From positions 7,783 through 44,707 of the forward strand of contig CAYYHY010000001.1 in NCBI GenBank assembly GCA_964471855.1: 36,925 bases of DNA, in the 5' to 3' direction. Both the position numbers and the translations under genes were made by a program. This DNA comes from an uncultured Oscillospiraceae bacterium (GTDB lineage Bacteria; Bacillota; Clostridia; Oscillospirales; Oscillospiraceae). How positions within the stretch are numbered: the stretch's first letter is position 1; every line of letters starts with the position of its first letter. This document shows positions 10,278 through 18,788 of this stretch, piece by piece. Below the pieces are notes generated by a model that did no database searches, was not told where the DNA came from, and was given only the letters and a program-made list of their open reading frames with translations.

Positions 10278-11525
10278 GTGAAATCCGTGAAAGAACTTCT
10301 CTCCCCTTCAGGTCTGCGCCGCAGGCTGCCCCAGGCGGCAGCCCTGGTCCTCTCCCTGGTCCTCTTCGCCGGTCTCTTTGTCTACGCCCGCCAGGGCCGC
10401 TCCACCTACGACCGGGACGGCATCGGCATCACCTACGAGACTGCCCGGGTCCTGGAGGTTCTCTCAGACGATACAGAAATTGACGAGACCACGGAGAACG
10501 TCCGCCGCGGCTCCCAGGACCTCTCGGTGGAGATTCTCACCGGCCGCTACAAAGGCGAGGTCCAGGAGGTCACCAACTACCTCAGCGCCTTCTACAACGT
10601 ATACGTCTCCGAGGGCGACAAAATATCCGTCTCCATCAACACCGTGGAGGAGGGAGAGTACAGCATCAGCGTATACAACTACTCCCGGGACCACTGGATC
10701 TGGATCTTCGCCGCTGTCTTTGCCCTGGTGCTTATCCTGGTGGGAGGACGGCAGGGGTTCAAGGCCCTGCTGGGTCTGGCCGTCACCGTCTTCTGCGTCA
10801 TCTTTCTCCTGGTCCCCCTGCTGGTGCAGCGGGGCTGGCCTCCCATCCCCACGACCCTGGGCATCGTCTCCTATACCATTGCCGTCTCCTTCATCATTCT
10901 GGGGGGCATCCAGACCAAGACCGTGGTGGCGGCCGCCGGCAGCTTCGGCGGCGTGGCTCTGGCGGGGCTGCTGGCCTGGGGGGCCTGCCGGATCGTCCAC
11001 ATCTCCGGCATGAACATGGATGAGGCGGAGTCCCTGCTGCTGACCGCAGTGGACAACGGCCTCAGGATCAAGGGTCTCTTCATATGCGGCATTCTCATCG
11101 CCACCGAGGGCGCCGTCATGGACATCGCCATGAGCATCAGCTCCGCCGTCTCCGAACTCCACGACGTCAATCCGGAGATGACCTCCATGCAGCTGTTCCG
11201 GTCCGGCATGCACATCGGCAGAGACGCCATGGGCACCATGGCCAACACCCTGGTGCTGGCCTTCGCCGGCACCTCCCTGAACATGATGATCTTCATCTAC
11301 TCCTATGACGTCAGCTACATACAGCTCATGAACACGGACTTCGTGGCCATCGAGACCATACGGAGCCTGGCCGGGAGCATCGGCATCGTCCTCACGGTCC
11401 CGCTGGTGGCCGGCATCAGTTCCTGGTGGCTGGGCCGGAAAGCCGTTCCGGCGAAAGCAGCTGCGGTCCCGGCACCTGAACCGGCCCCCGCCCCTGCCGG
11501 GAAGAAGGGCAGAAAAAAACACTGA
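10278..11525 (+). CDS. YibE/F family membrane protein
   Basis: N-terminal TM, soluble domain (Q-x-L-x-V-EILTG), then multiple TMs with GAVMDIAMSISS, SGMHIGRDAMGTMANTLVLAFAG, GSIGIVLTVP. Start uncertain (GTG 10278 or 10287). Confidence 0.88.
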   Translation: MKSVKELLSPSGLRRRLPQAAALVLSLVLFAGLFVYARQGRSTYDRDGIGITYETARVLEVLSDDTEIDETTENVRRGSQDLSVEILTGRYKGEVQEVTNYLSAFYNVYVSEGDKISVSINTVEEGEYSISVYNYSRDHWIWIFAAVFALVLILVGGRQGFKALLGLAVTVFCVIFLLVPLLVQRGWPPIPTTLGIVSYTIAVSFIILGGIQTKTVVAAAGSFGGVALAGLLAWGACRIVHISGMNMDEAESLLLTAVDNGLRIKGLFICGILIATEGAVMDIAMSISSAVSELHDVNPEMTSMQLFRSGMHIGRDAMGTMANTLVLAFAGTSLNMMIFIYSYDVSYIQLMNTDFVAIETIRSLAGSIGIVLTVPLVAGISSWWLGRKAVPAKAAAVPAPEPAPAPAGKKGRKKH

Positions 11526-11534
11526 GAAGACACA

Positions 11535-11578
11535 GCAGCGGTCCCCTCCCCGCCGGGGGAAGGAACCGCTGCCTTTCT
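11535..11578. terminator. Terminator hairpin between convergent genes
   Basis: GCAGCGGT-CCCCTCCCC...GGGGGAAGGA-ACCGCTGC followed by a T-rich tract. Confidence 0.65.
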
Positions 11579-12618
11579 TATTTCGCGCCGTAGAGCTCCG
11601 CCAGATGGGGAACGGGTACCCTGTGCTGGACGCAGCGCACATGCCGTGTCCGGTAAACCCGGTAGCAGCCGTTGCAGGCCAGGCAGGAGGAGACCTCCCG
11701 GGTCCCGTTCTTCATCCCCTCCACAAAGTCCGGCTCGCAGATGAGGGCGCGGCAGAAGGATACAAAGGGGATGCCGGCGTCCAGCACCTCCTGGGCCGCC
11801 TGCCGGGAGAAGATGCCCCCCACCAGAATGAGGGGCATGGTGACGCTGCCCTGGGCAGCCGCAGCCTCCCGCAGGAAGAAGGGCTCCTTCTCTCCCGCTC
11901 TGGCGTTGAAGCTCAGCCCGCTGATCTCCGCCCCGTCTGCCCCTGCCGCCTGAATCCTTTTCAGCGTCCCGGAGAGATCCCCGGAGGCGTCGCAATCCAC
12001 CTTCACCAGCAGGGCAAAGTCCGGTCCGCAGGCGGCCCGCACGCTGCGGATGATGCGGTCCGGGAGACGGAACCGGTTCTCCAGGGAACCGCCGTACCCG
12101 TCGGTGCGGGTGTTGAGAGCCGGGTTCAGGAAGGAGGAGAGGAGATAGCCGTGGGCCAGATGGATCTGGACCCCGTCCGCCCCCGCCGACCGGCACAGCA
12201 GGGCCGCCTCTGTAAACCTCTCTGTCAGCTCATCCAGTTCCTCCACGGTGAAGTCCCCGGGTCCCTTCGGCGGGCGTCCGTTTGTTGAGACATCCGCCTT
12301 GAGCCCGCTGTGGCTGAGCTGCACGGCGATGGAGCCGCCGAAGCCGTGGATCTCCTCCGCGGCTTCCCGCAGCAGGGTGAGGTCCGTCTCCCCGTCCATC
12401 ACCGGCTGTCCGATGTCCGCCCGGTACCGCCGGTCCACTGTCATGTGTCCTGTAATCACCAGCCCCGTCTCATGCTCCGCCAGACAGGTCTGCACCTGTT
12501 TCCAGGCAGGGGTCAGCTGTCCCTCCCGGGTGGACAGATGCTCGTTAGTAGCGGAGCGGACGGTGCGGTTCCGCAGGGTCAGGGGGCCCAGCCGGGCCTG
12601 CTCAAAAAGCTGATACAT
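11578..12618 (-). CDS. NADH:flavin oxidoreductase (old yellow enzyme family)
   Basis: LRNRTVRSAT, QLSHSG, GADGVQIHLAHGYLLSSFL, NTRTDGYGGSLENRFR, C-terminal CLACNGC...C. Confidence 0.92.
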   Translation of the reverse strand: MYQLFEQARLGPLTLRNRTVRSATNEHLSTREGQLTPAWKQVQTCLAEHETGLVITGHMTVDRRYRADIGQPVMDGETDLTLLREAAEEIHGFGGSIAVQLSHSGLKADVSTNGRPPKGPGDFTVEELDELTERFTEAALLCRSAGADGVQIHLAHGYLLSSFLNPALNTRTDGYGGSLENRFRLPDRIIRSVRAACGPDFALLVKVDCDASGDLSGTLKRIQAAGADGAEISGLSFNARAGEKEPFFLREAAAAQGSVTMPLILVGGIFSRQAAQEVLDAGIPFVSFCRALICEPDFVEGMKNGTREVSSCLACNGCYRVYRTRHVRCVQHRVPVPHLAELYGAK

Positions 12619-14004
12619 TCACTTTCCTCCTCCCGGCTTTCCGGGGTTCCCCTCCGTCCGAAACTCCGTGGCCAGACAGGCGCCGGTAATGACCACGGCC
12701 ACGGCAAAGGCCAGCACGTCTGCGACGGACTGGGAGATCTCCAGTCCTGTCAGTCCCAGCCAGCCGGAGAGAAGGTACACGGCGGGGATGAAGCAGCCGT
12801 GGCGGAACACGGCCAGCAGCGAGGCCCGGAAGGACTTGCCCAGGGACTGAAAGAACATGTTTGCAAAGATGTTGACTGCCCCCAGGGGCAGGGTGAGACA
12901 CTGATACCGGAAGGCCCGGGTGCCGATGGCGATGACCTCCGGGTCGTCCCTGCGGAAGGCGGCGATGATCTGGGGCGCTGCGATGAAACCGATCACGGCC
13001 GCAGCCACCAGGAAGGCAGTTCCCACCTTGATGGAGAACTTCAGAGCATCCTTCACCCGGTCCTGCCGCCCCGCCCCGTAGTTGAAGCCCAGGACTGGCT
13101 GGAATCCCTGGCCGAAGCCGATAATGACAGAGTTGATGACCATGAAGACCTTGCCTACGATGGCCAGGGCCGCCACCGCAGCGTCCCCGTACAGCCTCGC
13201 ATTGAAGTTCAGGGCCATGGTGGCCAGGCCCATGACCCCCTGGCGGAAGAAGGAGGGCATGCCCTGCTTCAGGATTGCCAGATACACCTTCGGGGAGCGG
13301 GAGATGTACCGGGGTCTCACCTTCAGCTCGCTCCGCCCGGTTATAAAAAAGGAACCGAGGATGACCAGGCTGACGCACTGGCTCAGCAGGGTAGCCGCCC
13401 CGGCGCCCCCGATGCCCATGTGGAAGCCAAAGATGAAGAGGGGGTCCAGGGCAATGTTGAGGATGCCGCCGGTCCCCAGTCCGATGACCGCCAGCCGGGC
13501 CTTCCCCTGCCAGCGCAGCAGGTTGTTCAGGGTGAAGGAGAGGATCATTACCGGGGCTCCCAGGATGATGTACACCCCGTAGTCCATGGCGTAGGGATAT
13601 ATGGTCTCCGTGCTGCCCAGCAGCCACATGAGCCGGCCCCGCCATCTCATTCCCAGCGCAGCCAGCAGGACGCCCAGCACCAGGGCAGCCGCCACGGCGC
13701 TGGAGGAGTAAGTGTGGGCCTCCTCCCCCCGGTTCTGCCCCATGAGGCGGGAGGCGATGGAGCCGGAGCCCATGCCCACGGTGAACCCCACCGCCTGGAC
13801 GATGGAGGCCAGGGAGAGGACGATGCCCACGGCCCCGGAGGCGCTGGTGCCGATCTGGCTGACAAAGTAGGTGTCCGCCATGTTGTATATGGAAGTGACC
13901 AGCATGGATGCGATGGTGGGAACCGCCAGGCCGCAGATGAGGGACGGCAGAGGCTTCTCCAGCATGAGGGTGCGCTGGTCTTCATGTTCCGGTCCAGATG
14001 CCAC
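12619..14004 (-). CDS. MATE family efflux transporter
   Basis: PTIASMLVTSIYNMADTYFVSQIG, LNIALDPLFIF, GFQPVLGFNYGA. GTG 14004 has an AAAGGAG RBS (the ORF track starts at 14022). Confidence 0.94.
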   Translation of the reverse strand: MASGPEHEDQRTLMLEKPLPSLICGLAVPTIASMLVTSIYNMADTYFVSQIGTSASGAVGIVLSLASIVQAVGFTVGMGSGSIASRLMGQNRGEEAHTYSSSAVAAALVLGVLLAALGMRWRGRLMWLLGSTETIYPYAMDYGVYIILGAPVMILSFTLNNLLRWQGKARLAVIGLGTGGILNIALDPLFIFGFHMGIGGAGAATLLSQCVSLVILGSFFITGRSELKVRPRYISRSPKVYLAILKQGMPSFFRQGVMGLATMALNFNARLYGDAAVAALAIVGKVFMVINSVIIGFGQGFQPVLGFNYGAGRQDRVKDALKFSIKVGTAFLVAAAVIGFIAAPQIIAAFRRDDPEVIAIGTRAFRYQCLTLPLGAVNIFANMFFQSLGKSFRASLLAVFRHGCFIPAVYLLSGWLGLTGLEISQSVADVLAFAVAVVITGACLATEFRTEGNPGKPGGGK

Positions 14005-14018
14005 TTTCCAGTCTCCTT

Positions 14019-14435
14019 TCATGCGCGGCCCTTCAGCTCTTCCGCCAGCATCTCCACCGCCTGGCTGACATAGGCGGGCAGCGGCTGTTCCCGCACCCCG
14101 GCCACCGCCACGCCGCAGCTGTTCATGGGGATGAGGAACTTCCTGCAGCGGCAGCCCCCCACCGCCTCCGCCATGGCGGGGGTCACCTCTCCCAGGATGG
14201 AGTGGGCCACTGCAATGCCCAGAGGACCCAGCACCGCGTCGGCATCCGCCACATTGCGGACAACCGGGTTCTCCCCGGTGGCCCCGTACTGGGCCCCCGC
14301 CTTCAGCATGGCGGACGTGGCCGTGCTGTTGGTGCCGATGCCGTATATCTCCGCCTCCGGAAAGCGGCTGCGGACGCTCTCCACCAGCATCTTCCCCAGC
14401 CGGCCACCCTGGCCGTCCACAATGACGATCTTCAC
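14019..14435 (-). CDS. DUF3842 family protein
   Basis: IVIVDGQGGRLG, GTNSTATSAMLKAGA, ATGENP, GEVTPAMAEAVG. GTG 14435 has a GGGAGG RBS. Confidence 0.85.
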   Translation of the reverse strand: MKIVIVDGQGGRLGKMLVESVRSRFPEAEIYGIGTNSTATSAMLKAGAQYGATGENPVVRNVADADAVLGPLGIAVAHSILGEVTPAMAEAVGGCRCRKFLIPMNSCGVAVAGVREQPLPAYVSQAVEMLAEELKGRA

Positions 14436-14510
14436 TGTCTGGTCCCTCCCTGCCGGCCCTTCATCCGGCCGTGCTCCGTCCGGATGTTCTGCCGTTTTCA
14501 TTTAGCTGTA

Positions 14511-14539
14511 ATTATACTCCCGCCGCCGGCCCGGCGCAA
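14511..14539 (-). promoter_or_regulatory. Sigma-A promoter for the DUF3842-MATE-OYE operon
   Basis: TTGCGC-17 bp-TATAAT on the minus strand. Confidence 0.7.
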
Positions 14540-14558
14540 GCCCGGGGGAGAGCGGCGT

Positions 14559-14585
14559 AAAAAAGGCGCCCCCTCCGGGACGCCT
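14559..14585 (-). terminator. Intrinsic terminator of rubrerythrin
   Basis: Minus strand GGCGTCCC-GGAG-GGGGCGCC-TTTTTT. Confidence 0.8.
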
Positions 14586-14597
14586 GAAAGCGCAGGA

Positions 14598-15134
14598 TCA
14601 GTAGTTCTCCGCCTTGAGCTGGAAGAAGCTGCGGGGGTGGGCGCAGACGGGGCAGACCTCGGGGGCCTCTTTCCCGATGCAGATATGGCCGCAGTTGCTG
14701 CACTGCCAGATCATGTCGCCGTCCCGGGAGAACACCAGACCGCCCTCCACGTTGGCCAGCAGCCTGCGGTAGCGCTCCTCATGCTCCTTCTCGATCTTGG
14801 CTACCTCTTCGAACAGATATGCGATGTGGTCGAAGCCCTCTTCCCTGGCGTCCTTCGCCATCTGGGCGTACATGTCGGTCCACTCGTAGTTCTCACCCTC
14901 GGCCGCAACCAGCAGGTTCTCGGAAGTGGTGCCGATGCCGTTGAGCAGCTTGAACCAGATCTTGGCGTGCTCCTTCTCGTTGTCCGCGGTCTCCTCGAAG
15001 AGCTTCGAGATCTGGACGTAGCCCTCGGACCGGGCCTTGGAGGCGAAGTAGGTGTACTTGTTGCGGGCCTGGGACTCCCCTGCAAATGCAGCCCACAGGT
15101 TGGCCTCTGTCTTGCTTCCCTTCAGTTCGGGCAT
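14598..15134 (-). CDS. rbr: Rubrerythrin
   Basis: [35 protein letters not shown], rubredoxin-like CSNCG...CPVCAHP. AAGGAGG RBS before ATG 15134. Confidence 0.97.
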   Translation of the reverse strand: MPELKGSKTEANLWAAFAGESQARNKYTYFASKARSEGYVQISKLFEETADNEKEHAKIWFKLLNGIGTTSENLLVAAEGENYEWTDMYAQMAKDAREEGFDHIAYLFEEVAKIEKEHEERYRRLLANVEGGLVFSRDGDMIWQCSNCGHICIGKEAPEVCPVCAHPRSFFQLKAENY

Positions 15135-15168
15135 CTGAAAATCCTCCTTGCTGAGTGCTGTCATTCTG

Positions 15169-15191
15169 CTAATAAGAATGATTCTTATTAG
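15169..15191. promoter_or_regulatory. Fur/PerR-family operator
   Basis: Perfect 11-1-11 palindrome CTAATAAGAAT-G-ATTCTTATTAG at the predicted rbr transcription start. Confidence 0.75.
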
Positions 15192-15198
15192 TGTCTGC

Positions 15199-15227
15199 AT
15201 GATATCAGAAAGCGGAGGGGCTGTCAA
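15199..15227 (-). promoter_or_regulatory. Sigma-A promoter of rbr
   Basis: TTGACA-17 bp-TATCAT with extended TG. Confidence 0.8.
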
Positions 15228-15258
15228 GGGGTTTTTGGGAAGATTTCTCCCCGGACTT

Positions 15259-16113
15259 TCAGACCTCCTCCGGTCCGGCGGTCTCCCGCCAGCGCTCCAG
15301 GAAGGAGTGCTCCTCCCCGCCGGACTTGTAGCCCGGGAACGTGTCCAGGGCTACGGAGTGGATGGCCCGGAAGATGCTCTTCTCAATGTTGGGGTTGGTC
15401 TGCTTCAGGGTCCGGATCAGGTCCTTGATCTCCCGGCGCTTGGAGGTCCCCTCCACCCGGGCGTCCTCCTCCGTAAAGCGGCAGGCGCACTGGAGGAACT
15501 CCAGATGGTTGTAGTTGCGCCAGGCGATGACCGCGTCCTCGTGGATGCAGTACATGGGGCGGATCAGCTCCATCCCCGGGAAATTTGTGCTGGGCAGCTT
15601 TGGCAGCATGGCCTGCAGCTGGGAGCCGTAGAACATCCCCATGACGGTGGTCTCAATGACGTCGCTGAAGTGGTGCCCCAGGGCGATCTTGCCGCAGCCC
15701 AGCTCCCTGGCCTTTGCATACAGGTTCCCCCGGCGCATGCGGGCGCAGAGGTAGCAGGGGCTGCCCCCCGCCCTGCTGGTGACGTCAAAGATTTTGCTCT
15801 CGAAGATGGTTACAGGGACATGGAGCAGCTCCGCATTGGACTCGATCTTCGCCCGGTTCTCCGGGCTGTAGCCCGGGTCCATGACCAGAAAGACCAGCTC
15901 AAAGGGCACCTCCGTGTGCCGGTGCAGCTCCTGCATCAGCTTGGCCAGAAGCATGGAGTCCTTGCCTCCGGACATGCACACCGCAATCCGGTCCCCGGGC
16001 TGGATCAGCTCGTAGACCCGCACCGCATGGATGAAGGGCTTCCAGATGGTCTTCCGGTACTTCTTGATAATGCTCCGCTCCACCAGCTGATACGGTTCCA
16101 GTTCCCGGCTCAT
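15259..16113 (-). CDS. TtcA-family PP-loop ATPase (tRNA 2-thiocytidine biosynthesis-like)
   Basis: SGGKDS PP-loop, [30 protein letters not shown]. Confidence 0.88.
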   Translation of the reverse strand: MSRELEPYQLVERSIIKKYRKTIWKPFIHAVRVYELIQPGDRIAVCMSGGKDSMLLAKLMQELHRHTEVPFELVFLVMDPGYSPENRAKIESNAELLHVPVTIFESKIFDVTSRAGGSPCYLCARMRRGNLYAKARELGCGKIALGHHFSDVIETTVMGMFYGSQLQAMLPKLPSTNFPGMELIRPMYCIHEDAVIAWRNYNHLEFLQCACRFTEEDARVEGTSKRREIKDLIRTLKQTNPNIEKSIFRAIHSVALDTFPGYKSGGEEHSFLERWRETAGPEEV

Positions 16114-16592
16114 GCCCTCTCCCCCTGACTCAGCTTCATGAAGCCCTCCATATCGGCAAAGCCCAGCCTCTCATAGAGCGGGCGGCCTGCCTCGGTGCTC
16201 TCCAGGCAGATCTTCCCAGTGCCCCTGCTCCGGGCATCCCGGAGCAGGAACTCCACGGTCCTGCGTCCGATCCCCTTCCCTCTGCAGGAGGGAACCGTGT
16301 ATATGTTCATCAGGTACCCGCAGGTGCCCCCGGGGCTGTCCGGGGAGGGCATCTCCTCCTGGTAGCAGATGCCGCCGCAGCCGAGGATCTCCCCCGTCTC
16401 CCGGTCCCGGGCGAAGCAGGCCGTGTGGGTGCCGTCCCCCAGGTGCCGCTCGTAGTATCTCCGGTTCGCCTCAGTCAGGGCCGTGACATCCCCGTCCTCC
16501 GGAAGGGAGAAGACCTCCCGCAGAACCCGGATCCGCCACTCCAGCAGCAGGGGCAGATCATCCAGACCCGCCCGGACCGTCTCGATCTCCAT
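16110..16592 (-). CDS. GNAT family N-acyltransferase
   Basis: GYLMNIYTVPSCRGKGIG (acetyl-CoA motif A), GRPLYERLGF. True start is ATG 16592; the ORF-track extension lies inside the upstream gene. Confidence 0.9.
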   Translation of the reverse strand: MEIETVRAGLDDLPLLLEWRIRVLREVFSLPEDGDVTALTEANRRYYERHLGDGTHTACFARDRETGEILGCGGICYQEEMPSPDSPGGTCGYLMNIYTVPSCRGKGIGRRTVEFLLRDARSRGTGKICLESTEAGRPLYERLGFADMEGFMKLSQGERA

Positions 16593-16594
16593 GG

Positions 16595-18067
16595 TCAGCC
16601 CGCCTTCAGCACCACGGGCAGCTGGTCCAGGTCCGGCTTGCCGTTGCCGTTCAGGGGGATGGCGGGCATCTTGACAATGAACTCCGGTATCATGAAGGGA
16701 GTCAGATTCTCCGCCAGCTCCCTGCGGATGTCGGAGACCCTGATGTCCCGGCCGGAGGGAACGATGTAGGCCGTCATGTAGGCCAGCCCCTGCTCGTCGG
16801 TGAAGGCCCGCACCACCGCCTGGGACACCCCCCGGCACTGGTAGAGCCTGGACTCCACCTCCATGACCTCCACCCGCTTGCCGTAGATCATGATCTGCGT
16901 ATCCTTGCGGTGGAGGAAGGCCAGATTTCCGTCCGGCAGGACCCGGCCCAGATCCCCGCTGCGGTACATGACCCTGCCGTCCGGCAGGTGCTCAAAGGCC
17001 CGGTTCTCCTCCTCCCGGTCTCCGATGTATCCAAGGGAGACCCCGCCTCCGCAGATGCAGATCTCCCCGGTCCCGCCCTGGGGAACCTCCTTCCCCTCCT
17101 GGTCCAGGATCCGGATCTCCGCACCCAGCACCGGGCGGCCGATGGGGTAGGTCCCGTCCTCCAGGACGGTTCCTCCGCTGCAGCGGAAGTAGGAGGCGCA
17201 CACGGTGGTCTCGGAGGGGCCGTAGGTGTTGTACACCTCCGCCTGGTCCAGCAGCCTGTCCACGTAGACCCCCCGCAGCACGTCCCCGCCGCTGATGAGC
17301 AGCCGCAGGGAGGAGGGGATCTGCGGCAGATGGTTCATCTCCGCCAGCAGGTAGGGGAAGCCGCTGATCATGGTGACCCCGTGGCGCTCCACAAAGTCCA
17401 TCAGGTCCCGCAGGTTCTCCTTCTTCTCCTCGGGAGGGATGGCCAGGGCCGCCCCGTTCAGGAGGCTGGTGAACACCTCCTCCACAAAGATGTCGAAGGA
17501 GCACACGGAGTACTGGAGCATCACGTCCCCGGGACCGGGGTGGAACTCCTCCGCAAAGGCCCGGACATAGTGGCAGACATTCCGGTTTGTCACGCAGACC
17601 CCCTTGGGCCGGCCGGTGGTGCCGGAGGTATACAGCACGTAGGCGGGGGCCTCCGGGTCCTGCGCTGCGGGCTCCCCGGCCGCGGGGGCGTCCCCCCTGC
17701 AGATCTCGCAGTCCGCCAGGCGCACGGGCAGACCCCTGAGCCGCTCGGCGTACTCCATCTCCGTAAGGACGAAATCCGCCTCCGCCTCCTTCATCATGAA
17801 GCGGATGCGGCCGATGGGGAAGGACGGCTCCGCCGGCACGTACCGGGCCCCGCACTTCAGTGCCGCCAGCATGGCTGCAATCATCTCCGCCCGGTGGTTC
17901 ATGATGATGCCCACCGTCCGGACCCCCGGGGGAAAGCTGGCGGCGATCCGGTCCACAAGGGCGGAGAGTTCGCCGAAGGTCAGGGTGCGGCTGTCCTCAA
18001 GGATGGCCGGCTCCTCCCGGCGGGCCTCCGCCGCGGCGGCAAAAAGGGAATACACTGTGTCCTGCAT
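16595..18067 (-). CDS. Stand-alone NRPS-type amino acid adenylation domain protein
   Basis: Core motifs LKCGARYVP (A2), AYVLYTSGTTGRPKG (A3), FD (A4), NTYGPSE (A5), GEICICG-x-GVSLGY (A6), YRSGDL (A7), RKDTQIMIYGKRVE (A8), NGK (A10). Ends 12 aa after the A10 Lys with no carrier domain. GGAGG RBS. Confidence 0.93.
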   Translation of the reverse strand: MQDTVYSLFAAAAEARREEPAILEDSRTLTFGELSALVDRIAASFPPGVRTVGIIMNHRAEMIAAMLAALKCGARYVPAEPSFPIGRIRFMMKEAEADFVLTEMEYAERLRGLPVRLADCEICRGDAPAAGEPAAQDPEAPAYVLYTSGTTGRPKGVCVTNRNVCHYVRAFAEEFHPGPGDVMLQYSVCSFDIFVEEVFTSLLNGAALAIPPEEKKENLRDLMDFVERHGVTMISGFPYLLAEMNHLPQIPSSLRLLISGGDVLRGVYVDRLLDQAEVYNTYGPSETTVCASYFRCSGGTVLEDGTYPIGRPVLGAEIRILDQEGKEVPQGGTGEICICGGGVSLGYIGDREEENRAFEHLPDGRVMYRSGDLGRVLPDGNLAFLHRKDTQIMIYGKRVEVMEVESRLYQCRGVSQAVVRAFTDEQGLAYMTAYIVPSGRDIRVSDIRRELAENLTPFMIPEFIVKMPAIPLNGNGKPDLDQLPVVLKAG

Positions 18068-18093
18068 GGAAGTTCCTCCGCTGTGCAGTGCCG

Positions 18094-18774
18094 TCAGCGC
18101 GTCAGAAGCCAATGGATGCCCCGGGCTGTCCGCTGGACGGGATCAATGAAGTGGTTTCCTGGATTGAGCTCAAAGAGGGTGTCGATCTGCAGACTCTGGA
18201 ACCAGGCAGCCAGCTTCTCCGTATTGGGCTGCACCGGCCGCAGGAAGGCATTCCCCGCCCTGCTCTCCAGGTCCCCCAGAGACAGGTAGATGTGGTCGGG
18301 CCTGCGCACCATCTCGTGCTCCATGGCGTACTCCGGAAAGCCGGGGAACCAGAGGGAGCCGGACATGCTGCCGATCCGGGAGAACAGGTCCGTATGGTAG
18401 ATGGCGTATATGGCAAAGAGACCGGCCAGGGAGTACCCTGTCAGCCCCCGCCAGGCGGGCTCCCCCGGCAGATCCTCCTCCGCCCTGGGGAGGATCTCCT
18501 CCGAGAGCAGCTTCAGATAGGCGTCCGCCCCCGGGGTGCAGGCGGTGTCCTCCTTAGATATGGGCGGGACAGCCCAGGGGGCCATGTCGTGGTTCCAGTC
18601 CAGACCGCTGATGACCACAAGGCTGTGGTCCGGGGAGCCTGTCCTGTCCAGCTCCTCCCGCACCTGCCGGCCGGCCTCCTGGAACAGATTCAGATATACG
18701 GCGGGGCAGCCCGGCTCCGTGCCGGGGAAGATGTCCACCTGCTTGCCCTGAATGCTGAACTGTGTGTGTTTCAC
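18094..18774 (-). CDS. Alpha/beta hydrolase-fold putative esterase
   Basis: Nucleophile elbow GYSLAG, SGSLWFPGF, YLSLGDLE, PGNHF. AGGAGG RBS. Confidence 0.85.
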   Translation of the reverse strand: MKHTQFSIQGKQVDIFPGTEPGCPAVYLNLFQEAGRQVREELDRTGSPDHSLVVISGLDWNHDMAPWAVPPISKEDTACTPGADAYLKLLSEEILPRAEEDLPGEPAWRGLTGYSLAGLFAIYAIYHTDLFSRIGSMSGSLWFPGFPEYAMEHEMVRRPDHIYLSLGDLESRAGNAFLRPVQPNTEKLAAWFQSLQIDTLFELNPGNHFIDPVQRTARGIHWLLTR

Positions 18775-18788
18775 TTGCCTTCCTCCTG

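Noticed and set aside
11446-11525. Pro/Ala-rich repeat-like tail of YibE/F (also the acidic tail of Lgt)
   Set aside because: These are low-complexity disordered termini, not DNA repeat arrays.
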